This document shows positions 1 to 9,005 of a stretch of 64,000 nt of DNA, piece after piece (the first letter of the stretch is position 1; each line of letters opens with the position of its first letter). Under the pieces are notes generated by a model, which saw nothing but the letters and a program-made list of their open reading frames with translations, was not told where the DNA came from and made no database searches. A program made the translations under genes and the position numbers. The stretch lies in contig CAZFKN010000002.1 of assembly GCA_964519805.1 (NCBI GenBank), positions 3,814 through 67,813 of the forward strand. Direction: 5' to 3'. This DNA comes from an uncultured Gemmatimonadaceae bacterium. GTDB lineage: Bacteria; Gemmatimonadota; Gemmatimonadetes; Gemmatimonadales; GWC2-71-9.

Positions 1-8
1 TGGACGCG

Positions 9-710
9 GTGCTCGTCTCGGTGCATCGCTGCGGGCCCGAGCAGGTCGAGGCCCTGGGCCGCTTGGTGCGCGACTTCCCCGGCATTCCCACCGTCGCCTT
101 GCTCTCGCACCACGACCCCGGCGCCACCGAGATGCTGCTGCGGCTCGGCGCGACCGGGGTTCGCCAGGTCGTCGACGTCACGTCGCCGATCGGGTGGACC
201 CGCTTGCGACAACTGGTCGGCCAGCCCGCGACCCGGGCGGTCGCTCGGATCCAGGCACCGATCATCGACACGATCCGCGACGCACCTCCGGATGCGCGCC
301 TCTTCGTTGAGGCGTTGGTGCGCCTTGCGCCGGAGACTCCGACGGTCCGCCGGCTTGCCGAGCGGTTGTTCGTCCGCCCGAGCACCCTCATGTCGCGTTT
401 CGTCCGGTCCGGCCTGCCCTCGCCGAAGAACTACCTGGCGGCAGTGCGCCTGCTCCACGCCTCACTGCTCTTCGAAGTCGCCGGGTTGTCCGTCGCCGAT
501 GTCGCCTATCGGCTGGAGTACTCGTCACCCCAGAGCTTTGGGCGCCACCTCCGCGCGATGTTGGGTATCACCGCGTCCGAGTTCCGGAGCCAGTTCCCCT
601 TCCCGCTTGCCTTGGATCGCTTTGTCGAACGGATGGTCCTTCCCTACGCCACGATCTGGCGCGAGTTTCACCCGCTCGCCAATGGAAGTTGGGAACGCAA
701 CTACCACTAA
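9..710 (+). CDS. AraC-family transcriptional regulator (probably 5'-truncated by window edge)
   Basis: C-terminal AraC-type HTH (LSVADVAYRLEYSSPQSFGRHLRAMLGITASEFR). The frame stays open back to nt 3, so the true start is probably upstream of the window. The N-terminal part resembles the distal half of a receiver-like domain. Confidence 0.75.
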   Translation: MLVSVHRCGPEQVEALGRLVRDFPGIPTVALLSHHDPGATEMLLRLGATGVRQVVDVTSPIGWTRLRQLVGQPATRAVARIQAPIIDTIRDAPPDARLFVEALVRLAPETPTVRRLAERLFVRPSTLMSRFVRSGLPSPKNYLAAVRLLHASLLFEVAGLSVADVAYRLEYSSPQSFGRHLRAMLGITASEFRSQFPFPLALDRFVERMVLPYATIWREFHPLANGSWERNYH

Positions 711-1252
711 CTCCTCGCAAGGCCGAGCGCCGTGGCGGTCGTGAGTGACCTAACCGCGAATCCGGCAGCCTCCAGCCTGTCCCGGCCCCCCTCCTCCCGA
801 TCCACTACGGCGAGGACTCCCACGACCGACCCTCCCTCGGCTGTCACGGTCTCGATGGCGCGGAGCGCCGAGCTGCCCGAGGTGATCACGTCTTCGACCA
901 CCACCACCGCCGCGCCCGCCGCAAAGTTCCCCTCGATAAGCCGTTGTGTCCCATGCTGCTTGGCTTCCTTCCGGACGGTAAACGCGTCGATTGACGGTCC
1001 GTCCGCGAAGCTCGCCGCGGCGATGGCGTATGCGACCGGGTCGGCGCCCAGCGTCAGGCCCCCAACGGCAGAGGCCGCCCACCCCGCCGTCCGGATCGCC
1101 CGTAGACCCTCGCGCCCGATCAGCACCATCCCCTCGGCGGACATTGTGGTAAGACGGCAATCGATGTAGAAGGACGAGCGTTGACCGGAGGCGAGCACAA
1201 AGTCGCCGTGGCGGACCGAGCGGGCGAGCAGGAGGGCTTCGAGCCGGGTCAC
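707..1252 (-). CDS. pyrE: orotate phosphoribosyltransferase
   Basis: Full-length PyrE-like sequence with PRPP-binding motif VVVVEDVITSGSS. GTG start at 1252 overlaps the stop of the upstream kinase gene (GTGA). Confidence 0.9.
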   Translation of the reverse strand: MTRLEALLLARSVRHGDFVLASGQRSSFYIDCRLTTMSAEGMVLIGREGLRAIRTAGWAASAVGGLTLGADPVAYAIAAASFADGPSIDAFTVRKEAKQHGTQRLIEGNFAAGAAVVVVEDVITSGSSALRAIETVTAEGGSVVGVLAVVDREEGGRDRLEAAGFAVRSLTTATALGLARS

Positions 1253-2148
1253 CGTGGGCCCTTGCGGAAGAGATTGGCCAGGAACCCGCCTCTGGAGCCA
1301 CTCTCCTCCCGCACGGCCGTGCAGAATCCCCGGGCAAATTCGTCCACCGACTTACTGCGCTTGGCGAGATCGCGCTGGAGGCCGTTCATCACGGCGGTTT
1401 CCACCGCAGGCGAAAAGCGGAGACCGCGCATGGCCTGGTTGAGGGGCACGGGATCCTGGGAGAGTAGTTGCTGAAACAACTCCCTAGGGCTCTTGCCAGG
1501 AAACGGTAGACACTCGGTCAGCAGGAAGTACGTGATCGTGGCCAGGCTGTAGACGTCCGCCTGCTCGCCCACCAGCTCACCGCTCAGGGTCTCGGGGGCC
1601 ACGTATTGGAGCGTCCCGACGAAGAAGCCGGCGCGTGTCAGTCGCTCCTCCGCGCTTCCTTCCGCATCGCGAGCAATGCCGAAGTCCAGCAGCTTCACCT
1701 GCTGGGTCGCCGGGTCGTACATGATGTTGGCCGGCTTGAGATCGCGGTGGATGATGCCCGCTCTGTGTGAGACCGTGAGCGCCGCGCCCAACTGCTCGAC
1801 GATCGTCGCCGCCACGGCGGGAGCCAGGTGCCCGGACCGGGTCACGAAGCTGCCGAGGGGTTCGCCTTCCGCCCACTCGAGGGCGAGGTAATGCAGCCCG
1901 TCGGCTTCGCCGTAGTCGTACGTGCGGACGATGTTGGGATGATTGAGGCGGCCGCCGAATTCCGCCTCGCGCAGGAATCGCTTGATGGCGATCGGATCTT
2001 TGGCGAGTCTCGGGATCAAGACTTTGACCGCGGCCACGCCGCGGTCCGGATGCTCCGCCCGGTAGACACCCGCAGTCCCCCCCTCGCCGACGTGCTTGAC
2101 GAGGCGGTAGCCCGCCACGGTGCGACCGACGAGGTTCTCAGCGCTCAT
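1249..2148 (-). CDS. serine/threonine protein kinase (kinase domain only)
   Basis: Hanks kinase motifs: GEGGTAGVY glycine loop, VAAVKVL lysine, HRDLKPANIM, DFGIARD, YVAPE. I prefer ATG at 2148; the longest ORF starts at a TTG at 2160. No TM or sensor domain. Confidence 0.85.
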   Translation of the reverse strand: MSAENLVGRTVAGYRLVKHVGEGGTAGVYRAEHPDRGVAAVKVLIPRLAKDPIAIKRFLREAEFGGRLNHPNIVRTYDYGEADGLHYLALEWAEGEPLGSFVTRSGHLAPAVAATIVEQLGAALTVSHRAGIIHRDLKPANIMYDPATQQVKLLDFGIARDAEGSAEERLTRAGFFVGTLQYVAPETLSGELVGEQADVYSLATITYFLLTECLPFPGKSPRELFQQLLSQDPVPLNQAMRGLRFSPAVETAVMNGLQRDLAKRSKSVDEFARGFCTAVREESGSRGGFLANLFRKGPR

Positions 2149-2308
2149 CGCGTGAGCCAACCTAGCGGATCACCGGAACGCCAGCAAGCGCCCTCGAACG
2201 CAGGAGATAGAGCCCGTGTCGCTGCTTGACGCTCGTCGCGTGCCGCCGCTAACCTTCGCTCGCGAACCGCGGGCTTCGCGGTCGCTCGTCATCAACGGGG
2301 AGACACGC

Positions 2309-3664
2309 ATGCGGCGCCGGATGCTGGGGCTCCTGGCCGTGGGCGCCGCGGTGGGATGCGGAGGCGGAGCAGGGCGGGGGCATGGTGGCCGAACCCCCGC
2401 CCCCGTGCCCGACGACGTGCCGGCCGCTGCGTCGACGACGACCATCTACCGGGGCGTCGGACGGCTCGCCGCCGCCGACCCGCTCCCGTTCGTCGGGACA
2501 CTCGCCTTCGCCGCCGGCACCGGCGACACCGCGCTCGTCCTGCTCGGCCTCTCCCTGGACAACCGCTCTCTCAACTTCCAGCGCGAGCCGGTCGGCTATA
2601 CCGCACACTACCGGGTCGACATCACGTTGAGCCCCGAGACCGGTACGCCGCTTCAGGTCGGGCGCGAAGAGACCGTCCGCGTCGCCACGCAACCGGAAAC
2701 GGGCCGCACCGACGAGAGCGTCCTCTTCCAGCAGAATTTCCGGCTGTTGCCCGGCAAGCAGCATGTGGTGGTCAGTGTCCGCGACGTGAACTCCGGCGCG
2801 GAGTCGCGCGCCGAGGGCGATTACGAGGTGCCGCGGTTCGGGGCCGGGACGACGAGCGAGCCGATTCTGGCGTACCAGGCGCAGGGCAGGGGGAAGCGGA
2901 GCGATCCGCTCCAGCTGGTGCTCAACCCCCGAGGCGTCGTGGGCTTCGGCGGCGACACCCTGCTGGCCTACGTAGAGGGCTACGCGTTCCCGCGGGCGCA
3001 GACGGTGCCGTTCGAAGTTCGCGACGCGCGGGACAGCCTGGTCTACCGCGACTCGCTCCACTTCCGAGGCGGCCGGCCGGTCGAGAGCCAGGTGATTCGC
3101 GTCACTCCCGACAGCCTGGTGCTAGGTGAAATGCGCCTGATCGTCGGGCCCGGAGCCGGGGCCCGGCACGCCACCGCCATCGTTTCGTTCACGCCCCAGT
3201 GGCTGGTGACGAGCTACGACCAGATGCTGAGCCTGCTGCGGTATTTCCCGCCCAATCGGTACCTCGACTCGCTCCGGCACGCGGCACCAGCCGACCGCAC
3301 CCGCCTCTGGCGCGAGTTCTGGCGGACCTCCGATCCGGATCCCAAGACGCCCCAGAATGAGCAGCTCGACGAGTACTTCAGCCGGCTGGCGGCGGCCAAC
3401 GCGCAGATCAAGGACGAGGGCGTCCCCGGATGGCGCACCGATCGCGGCGAGGTCTTCATCACCCTCGGTGCCCCCGACGAGGCCACCGAGTCCGCGCCCA
3501 ATGTGTCGGCCCGCATCATCCGGTGGAGCTACTACCGCTATCGACTGACACTGTTCTTCGTCGACGAATCGGGCTTCAACCGCTACCGGCTCACGTCGCA
3601 ATCGCGGTCCGAGTTCGAGCGGGCCATTGCGCGGCTCCGGCGGGGCGGGGAAGCGCCGCCGTGA
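2309..3664 (+). CDS. GWxTD domain-containing lipoprotein
   Basis: C-terminal GWRTDRGEVFITLGAPDE motif. Lipoprotein-like signal MRRRMLGLLAVGAAVGCGG begins at ATG 2309, preceded by GGGGAG. The longest ORF starts at 2216. Confidence 0.8.
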   Translation: MRRRMLGLLAVGAAVGCGGGAGRGHGGRTPAPVPDDVPAAASTTTIYRGVGRLAAADPLPFVGTLAFAAGTGDTALVLLGLSLDNRSLNFQREPVGYTAHYRVDITLSPETGTPLQVGREETVRVATQPETGRTDESVLFQQNFRLLPGKQHVVVSVRDVNSGAESRAEGDYEVPRFGAGTTSEPILAYQAQGRGKRSDPLQLVLNPRGVVGFGGDTLLAYVEGYAFPRAQTVPFEVRDARDSLVYRDSLHFRGGRPVESQVIRVTPDSLVLGEMRLIVGPGAGARHATAIVSFTPQWLVTSYDQMLSLLRYFPPNRYLDSLRHAAPADRTRLWREFWRTSDPDPKTPQNEQLDEYFSRLAAANAQIKDEGVPGWRTDRGEVFITLGAPDEATESAPNVSARIIRWSYYRYRLTLFFVDESGFNRYRLTSQSRSEFERAIARLRRGGEAPP

Positions 3665-3669
3665 CGGCC

Positions 3670-3774
3670 GTGAGAAGTGAGAGGTAAGGAGTAAGAAGTG
3701 AGAGGGGGGCCCCGCCTGACACACGGAGCCCCCTCTTACTTCTCACCTCTTACCTCTCACTTCTCACCTCTCAC
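3670..3774. repeat. long imperfect palindrome built from heptanucleotide repeats
   Basis: Left arm 3670-3704 has five tandem 7-mers: GTGAGAA GTGAGAG GTAAGGA GTAAGAA GTGAGAG, then G5. A 19-nt GC-rich centre follows. Right arm from 3729 is C5, then TCTTACT TCTCACC TCTTACC TCTCACT TCTCACC TCTCAC. Hand pairing gives about 37 pairs with 2 G-T, 2 mismatches and 1 bulge. It starts 6 nt after the GWxTD stop and ends just before polA. Confidence 0.8.
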
Positions 3775-3788
3775 TATCTTTCCGGGCC

Positions 3789-6614
3789 ATGCCCAGCCAC
3801 TCGCCGCCCCAACTGTTCCTGGTCGACGGCTACGCGCTCATCTACCGGGCCTTCTTTGCCATGATCTCGCGGCCGCTGCGCACGGCACGGGGCGAGAACA
3901 CGTCGGCCGCCTGGGGCGCCGTGAATTTTCTCCTTCGCCTCCAGGAAAAGTATCGGCCCGACTACCTCGCCTGGGTGCTCGATGCCGGCACCTCGTTCCG
4001 CGAGGAGCGTTACCCCGACTACAAGTCCACTCGTGAGAAGCTCGATGAGGAGCTCCAGGCGGACTTCGACCGCTCGGTGGAGCGGACGCGGCAGCTGCTC
4101 GACGCGTTTCGAGTGCCTGCGGTCGAGGTGCCCGGGTACGAGGCGGACGATGTGATCGGCACGCTGGCGATGCAGGCGGCCACGTCCGGACTCGAGGCCG
4201 TGATCGTTTCGGGCGACAAGGACTTCTACCAGCTCATCGGCCCGCACGTGGCCTTGTTGAATCCCGGCCGGGGCGGTCCGGCGGCGGTTGACGAGGTGTG
4301 GGTGGATGAGACCAACGCGGCTGAGCGCCTGGGCGTCCCACCCGGCCAGGTCGCCGACTTCCTGGCGCTCGTCGGCGATACGTCGGACAACGTGCCTGGT
4401 GTGAAGGGGATCGGGGAGAAAGGGGCGCAGAAGCTCCTGGCGGAGTTCGGCGATCTCGACACGTTGCTCGCCCGCGCCGGAGAAGTCACCGCCAAGCGTG
4501 CGCGTGAAGCGCTGCTCGAGCACGCCGAGGAGGCCCGCCTCTCGCGCGAGCTAGTGACGATCCGGCGCGACGTCCCCGCCACGCTCGATCTCGAGCGGTT
4601 CGCGGCGCGGGAGCCGGATCGGGACAAGCTGGTCCAGGTGCTCGCCGAGCTGGAGTTCTACTCGCTCCTGAAGAAAGTGGATGGCCAGAGCGCCGCTGCC
4701 CCGCCCGCCGCGGCGGTGGAGCCCACGCCCGGGGAGGCCCCTACTGCGCCGCCGCCGACCCCGGCCACCCCGTCCTCGACGGCGCCGGTCGTGATCGTCG
4801 ACGACCCCGGCCTCCTGAGCGACGTGGTGGCCCGCCTGCGCAACGCCCCGCTGCTCGCGCTCGATACGGAGACCAGCTCCACCGCCCCCCGCGAGGCCGA
4901 GCTGGTCGGCCTTTCGATTGCCGCGAGTCCGACCGAGGTCTGGTACCTCCCGTTCGGGCACCGGCCGCTTGGCGGTGAGCTCGCCGCGCCGGCGCCGGTG
5001 AAGAACCTCCCGCCGCTCACGAGCCCCCTGGTGGCTCCGCTGGCGCAGCTGCTGGCCGACGCGGCGGTACCCAAGGCCGGCCACAACGTGAAGTTCGACT
5101 GGCAGGTGCTCCGCGGCGCCGGCGTCGAGCTGCGCGGGGTCGTTTACGACTCGATGCTTGCGAGCTTCATCCTCGATCCGGGGCGCCGCTCTCACGGGAT
5201 CGACACGCTGGCCCTCGAGCACCTGGGCCGGACCATGGAGACGTACGCCGACGTGGCTGGCCGGGGCAGGCGCGAAACCCCGTTTGCCGAGCTGCCGGTC
5301 CCGCGAGCGGCCGCCTATTGCGGCGCCGACAGCGCGACGGCGCTCGCGCTGCACGACTTCTTCGCCCCGCGGCTCCGGGAGACGTCGTTGGAGCCGCTCC
5401 TCGCCGAGATCGAGCTGCCGCTCGTCGAGGTGCTGGTGGATATGGAGTGGACGGGGATCGCCATCGATCGGACCGTCTTCGAGCGCCTCTCGCGTGAGCT
5501 GGGCGCCGACCTCGCGCGCTTGGAGCGGGAGATTTCACAGGCCGCGGGGAGCGAGCTGAACCTGAACTCACCGAAGCAGCTGGCCACCGTGCTGTTCGAG
5601 AAGCACCAGCTCCCCGTGCTCAAGAAGACCAAGACGGGTCCGTCCACCGACGCCGATGTGCTGGAGCAGCTCGCTGCCATGGGACACGGGCTGCCGAGGC
5701 TGATCCTCGAGTATCGGGAGCTGCAGAAGCTCAAGAGCACCTATGTGGACGCACTGCCGGCGGAGGTCAATCCCAAGACCGGGCGGATCCACACCAGTTT
5801 CAACCAGACCGGGGCCGCGACCGGGCGGCTTTCATCGTCCGACCCCAACCTCCAGAACATCCCGGTGCGCTCCGCCCGGGGCGAGGCAATCCGCCGGGGG
5901 TTCGTGCCGGCGGCGGGGTCGGTCTTTCTCGTCGCCGACTACTCGCAGATCGAGCTCCGGCTCATGGCGCATCTGTCGGGCGATCCCGGCTTTATCGAGG
6001 CCTTCCGCCAGGGCGGCGACATCCACCGCCAGACCGCGGCCCTGATCTTCGGCGTTCCACTCGCCGAAGTGACTTCGGACATGCGGGCCCGGGCCAAGAC
6101 GATCAACTTCGCGACCATCTACGGCCAGGGCGCGTTCGCGCTCTCGCGTCAGCTGGGGATCTCGCAAGAGGATGCGAAGAGCTTCATCGCCCGCTACTTC
6201 GAGCGATTCGCGGGGGTCAGAGCGTTTCTCGACCGGCAGGTGCAACTGGCGCGCGAGCAGGGGTACGTGGAGACGCTGTTCAAGCGGCGGCGCTACATCC
6301 CGGAGATCCGGGACCGGAACTACAACCTCAGAGCGTATGCCGAGCGGACCGCGCAGAACTCCCCATTGCAGGGCTCAGCCGCCGATCTCATCAAGCTCGC
6401 GATGGTGCGGGTCCATCGCGGGCTGCGCGACCGCGGGCTCGTGAGCCGCATGCTGCTGCAGGTACACGATGAGCTGGTCTTCGAGGTCCCGGCGGGAGAG
6501 ATCGAGGTCATGCGGGACCTGGTCCGGACCAGCATGGAGACGGTGGTGAAGCTGGAAGTACCGCTGGTCGTGGATATCGGGGTGGGGCCGAACTGGCTGG
6601 ACGCAAAGCGGTAA
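3789..6614 (+). CDS. polA: DNA polymerase I
   Basis: 941 aa with a 5'-3' exonuclease N-terminus (LVDGYALIYRAFFA), a 3'-5' exonuclease domain (ALDTETSS) and family-A polymerase motifs (DYSQIELR, QVHDELVFE). Contains a Pro/Ala-rich linker. Confidence 0.95.
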   Translation: MPSHSPPQLFLVDGYALIYRAFFAMISRPLRTARGENTSAAWGAVNFLLRLQEKYRPDYLAWVLDAGTSFREERYPDYKSTREKLDEELQADFDRSVERTRQLLDAFRVPAVEVPGYEADDVIGTLAMQAATSGLEAVIVSGDKDFYQLIGPHVALLNPGRGGPAAVDEVWVDETNAAERLGVPPGQVADFLALVGDTSDNVPGVKGIGEKGAQKLLAEFGDLDTLLARAGEVTAKRAREALLEHAEEARLSRELVTIRRDVPATLDLERFAAREPDRDKLVQVLAELEFYSLLKKVDGQSAAAPPAAAVEPTPGEAPTAPPPTPATPSSTAPVVIVDDPGLLSDVVARLRNAPLLALDTETSSTAPREAELVGLSIAASPTEVWYLPFGHRPLGGELAAPAPVKNLPPLTSPLVAPLAQLLADAAVPKAGHNVKFDWQVLRGAGVELRGVVYDSMLASFILDPGRRSHGIDTLALEHLGRTMETYADVAGRGRRETPFAELPVPRAAAYCGADSATALALHDFFAPRLRETSLEPLLAEIELPLVEVLVDMEWTGIAIDRTVFERLSRELGADLARLEREISQAAGSELNLNSPKQLATVLFEKHQLPVLKKTKTGPSTDADVLEQLAAMGHGLPRLILEYRELQKLKSTYVDALPAEVNPKTGRIHTSFNQTGAATGRLSSSDPNLQNIPVRSARGEAIRRGFVPAAGSVFLVADYSQIELRLMAHLSGDPGFIEAFRQGGDIHRQTAALIFGVPLAEVTSDMRARAKTINFATIYGQGAFALSRQLGISQEDAKSFIARYFERFAGVRAFLDRQVQLAREQGYVETLFKRRRYIPEIRDRNYNLRAYAERTAQNSPLQGSAADLIKLAMVRVHRGLRDRGLVSRMLLQVHDELVFEVPAGEIEVMRDLVRTSMETVVKLEVPLVVDIGVGPNWLDAKR

Positions 6615-6621
6615 GCGGTGT

Positions 6622-8994
6622 TTACTGTTCACCGTTGACTGCTGTTCCCGGCCACCAGTTCCACCGACCGGCGAGATGCATGAACGCGGGCACCAGCACC
6701 ATCCGGATGATCGTCGCGTCCAGTAGCACCGCCACCGCCAGCCCGAAGCCCAGAAACTGCATCACCAGGACCCGCGCAAAGGCGAAGATTCCGAAGACCA
6801 TGATCATGATCAGCGCTGCGGACGTGATCACGGATGCCGTCGCGCTCAAGCCTTCCAGAACCGCCTCGTCGTTCCGCCCGGTCCGGTCGAACGCCTCCTT
6901 CATCCGGCTCAGCAGAAACACCTCGTAATCCATGCTGAGTCCGAAGACCACGGCGAAGACCAGCACTGGCACGACGACGAAGATCGCCGACGTGGGGCCG
7001 TCGATGCCCAGGAGCTGCGAGCCGAACCCCTTTTGAAAGACGAGCACGATGAGGCCGAACGTGGCGCTCACCGACAGCGTGTTCATGATGATGGCCTTGA
7101 TCGGGACCAGGAGCGAGCGGAAGGCCAGCGCCAACATGACGCCCGTGGCGGCCAGAATCAGGCCCACCAGAAGCGGGAACCGCTTGAGCAGGTCATCCTG
7201 GAAGTCGAGGCTGGACGCCGCATAGCCGGTTACGAGGATCCGCAGGTCCTTGGTGCCGCGGAGCTTCTGGGTTCGAAGCTCGCGGGCCTTGCGCACCACA
7301 TCCATCGCCGTGGTCAGCGAAGTCGTATCCGACAGGATCACATCCATGAGCGTGACCCGCTGGTCCTTGCTCAGATACGCGTCGAGAAAATCCGGCGGCA
7401 GATCGTTCCGCGCCGCGGCCAAGTCGCTGTAGAGGACGGAATACGCGAGCAGCGAAGTCTTCGGCTTTGCGTCCACCAGGCTGCGAACCTCGCGGACCCG
7501 CGGGTCCGCCCGGAGCGAGTCCGAGAGGGTTCGAAGGCCGCGCAGCACGGCGGTTTCGACGGCGGTGTGGCCGGCGGGTGTTTCGACCACGAGGCGCACG
7601 GGCTGAATCACGCCGGCCACGCCCATGGCAGTCAGCGTTTCCACGCCCTTGCCGGCGTCGGTGTCGCTCGGCCACCAGTGACGGGACGGCAGGCCGATCC
7701 GGATCCAGAAGACGGGCGCGGTGAGGAGCGCGATGGCGAGCCCGCCGACCGTCACCGCCCGCCACGGGTATCGGCTGAGCGTTCGGGCCCAGGTTTCCCA
7801 GATCCGCGGCGCGTGCCACCACGCGAGGCGCCGGGCGAGCCAACGGGGCCGCTCGATACTGCGTCCCATCACAGCCAGAAGAGCGGGGAGGAGCGTGGTC
7901 GAGAGCAACACCGCAACCGCGACGACGACGAGCCCACCCAGGCCGACGCTGCGGGTTTCGACCAACGGCGTGAACAAGAGGGCCGCGAAGCCGACGACCA
8001 CCGTGAGGCCGGAGGTAACCACGGCCGCCCCGGCGGTGAGGAACGTCGTCACGGCTGCTTCGCGGCGTCGCTTCCCGCGGCTCAGCTCCTCCCGGAATCG
8101 GGTCACGACGAGCAGCGAGTAGTCGATGCCGACGCCCAGGCCGATCATCGTCGTCATGTTGAGGACGAAAACCGACATCGGCGTGACCTGAGTGAGGTAG
8201 CCGATGATCGTGAGCGAGACGACGATCGCGAGGAATCCGACGATCAGCGGAAGCACCGCAGCCACCAGGGCTCCGAAGGCGAGCACCAGAATCACCAGCG
8301 TCAGCGGGATCAGACGCGCCTCGCCCCGACGGCTGTCTTCGGCGGTCACCGCGCGCACGTCGAGGTCCAGCGGCGCCCGTCCCGTCACGTAGGCCGTGTA
8401 CTGCCCCCCGCGGGGCATGCCCTCCAGCGTCTCCCGAGTCGTCTGGCGGACGACGGGCACGAGGCCCGCGGCGCTGTCGCCGGTCGTCGTGCGCAGCGCC
8501 AGGATGAGCAGTGCAGTGCGGCGGTCACGGCTCAGAAAGGACGTGTCCCCGGTCGAGGCATAGGACACGACGTCGCGGATGAACGGCTCCGCGGCGAGGG
8601 TGTGCACCAGGCTGTCGAGAACGGGTCGGGAGGGCCCGGAGTCGAGCCGAGACGGAGCGGCGAGGGTGACGGCGAAGAACTCGCTGACGGGGCTATCGAA
8701 TCGCCGCTCCAGCTTCTCCTGGGCTTCCGAGGCCTCGGTCGCTCTGGTGCTGCCGCCCCGAATGTTGAGCAACCCTTCGGTGCGCGGCGCGCGGGCGGTG
8801 GCGAAGATCCCCACCGCCGTCCACACGATCACCACGACCCAGCGCCATCGGACCAGGCCACGGGCAAGGTATTCCCTCGGATTCAGGCGATCCCTCCGTG
8901 TGCTGCGCCGGCCGCGGGTTACGAGTGGCCAAATGTTAGACGGCTCCGCGGCCCCACGCCAGCGCGCTAGCGCCCGGGGCCCGCGCGGCGGCAT
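6622..8994 (-). CDS. MMPL/RND-superfamily membrane transporter
   Basis: About 790 aa with two blocks of multiple TM helices separated by large soluble loops, typical of MMPL transporters. I prefer ATG at 8994; the longest ORF begins at TTG 9006. Confidence 0.8.
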   Translation of the reverse strand: MPPRGPRALARWRGAAEPSNIWPLVTRGRRSTRRDRLNPREYLARGLVRWRWVVVIVWTAVGIFATARAPRTEGLLNIRGGSTRATEASEAQEKLERRFDSPVSEFFAVTLAAPSRLDSGPSRPVLDSLVHTLAAEPFIRDVVSYASTGDTSFLSRDRRTALLILALRTTTGDSAAGLVPVVRQTTRETLEGMPRGGQYTAYVTGRAPLDLDVRAVTAEDSRRGEARLIPLTLVILVLAFGALVAAVLPLIVGFLAIVVSLTIIGYLTQVTPMSVFVLNMTTMIGLGVGIDYSLLVVTRFREELSRGKRRREAAVTTFLTAGAAVVTSGLTVVVGFAALLFTPLVETRSVGLGGLVVVAVAVLLSTTLLPALLAVMGRSIERPRWLARRLAWWHAPRIWETWARTLSRYPWRAVTVGGLAIALLTAPVFWIRIGLPSRHWWPSDTDAGKGVETLTAMGVAGVIQPVRLVVETPAGHTAVETAVLRGLRTLSDSLRADPRVREVRSLVDAKPKTSLLAYSVLYSDLAAARNDLPPDFLDAYLSKDQRVTLMDVILSDTTSLTTAMDVVRKARELRTQKLRGTKDLRILVTGYAASSLDFQDDLLKRFPLLVGLILAATGVMLALAFRSLLVPIKAIIMNTLSVSATFGLIVLVFQKGFGSQLLGIDGPTSAIFVVVPVLVFAVVFGLSMDYEVFLLSRMKEAFDRTGRNDEAVLEGLSATASVITSAALIMIMVFGIFAFARVLVMQFLGFGLAVAVLLDATIIRMVLVPAFMHLAGRWNWWPGTAVNGEQ

Positions 8995-9005
8995 ATTGAT
9001 TTCCA

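Noticed and set aside
6612-6635. Hairpin CGGTG-N9-CACCG between the convergent polA and MMPL stops as a bidirectional terminator (similar 5-bp stems occur at 35787-35810 and 46790-46815)
   Set aside because: The stems are only 5 bp with no U-tract, which is indistinguishable from chance in GC-rich DNA.
7033-8970. 645-aa plus-strand ORF antisense to the MMPL transporter gene
   Set aside because: This is a typical high-GC shadow ORF. Its Arg/Gly/His/Asp-rich low-complexity translation has no motifs, whereas the opposite strand encodes a coherent multi-TM transporter.
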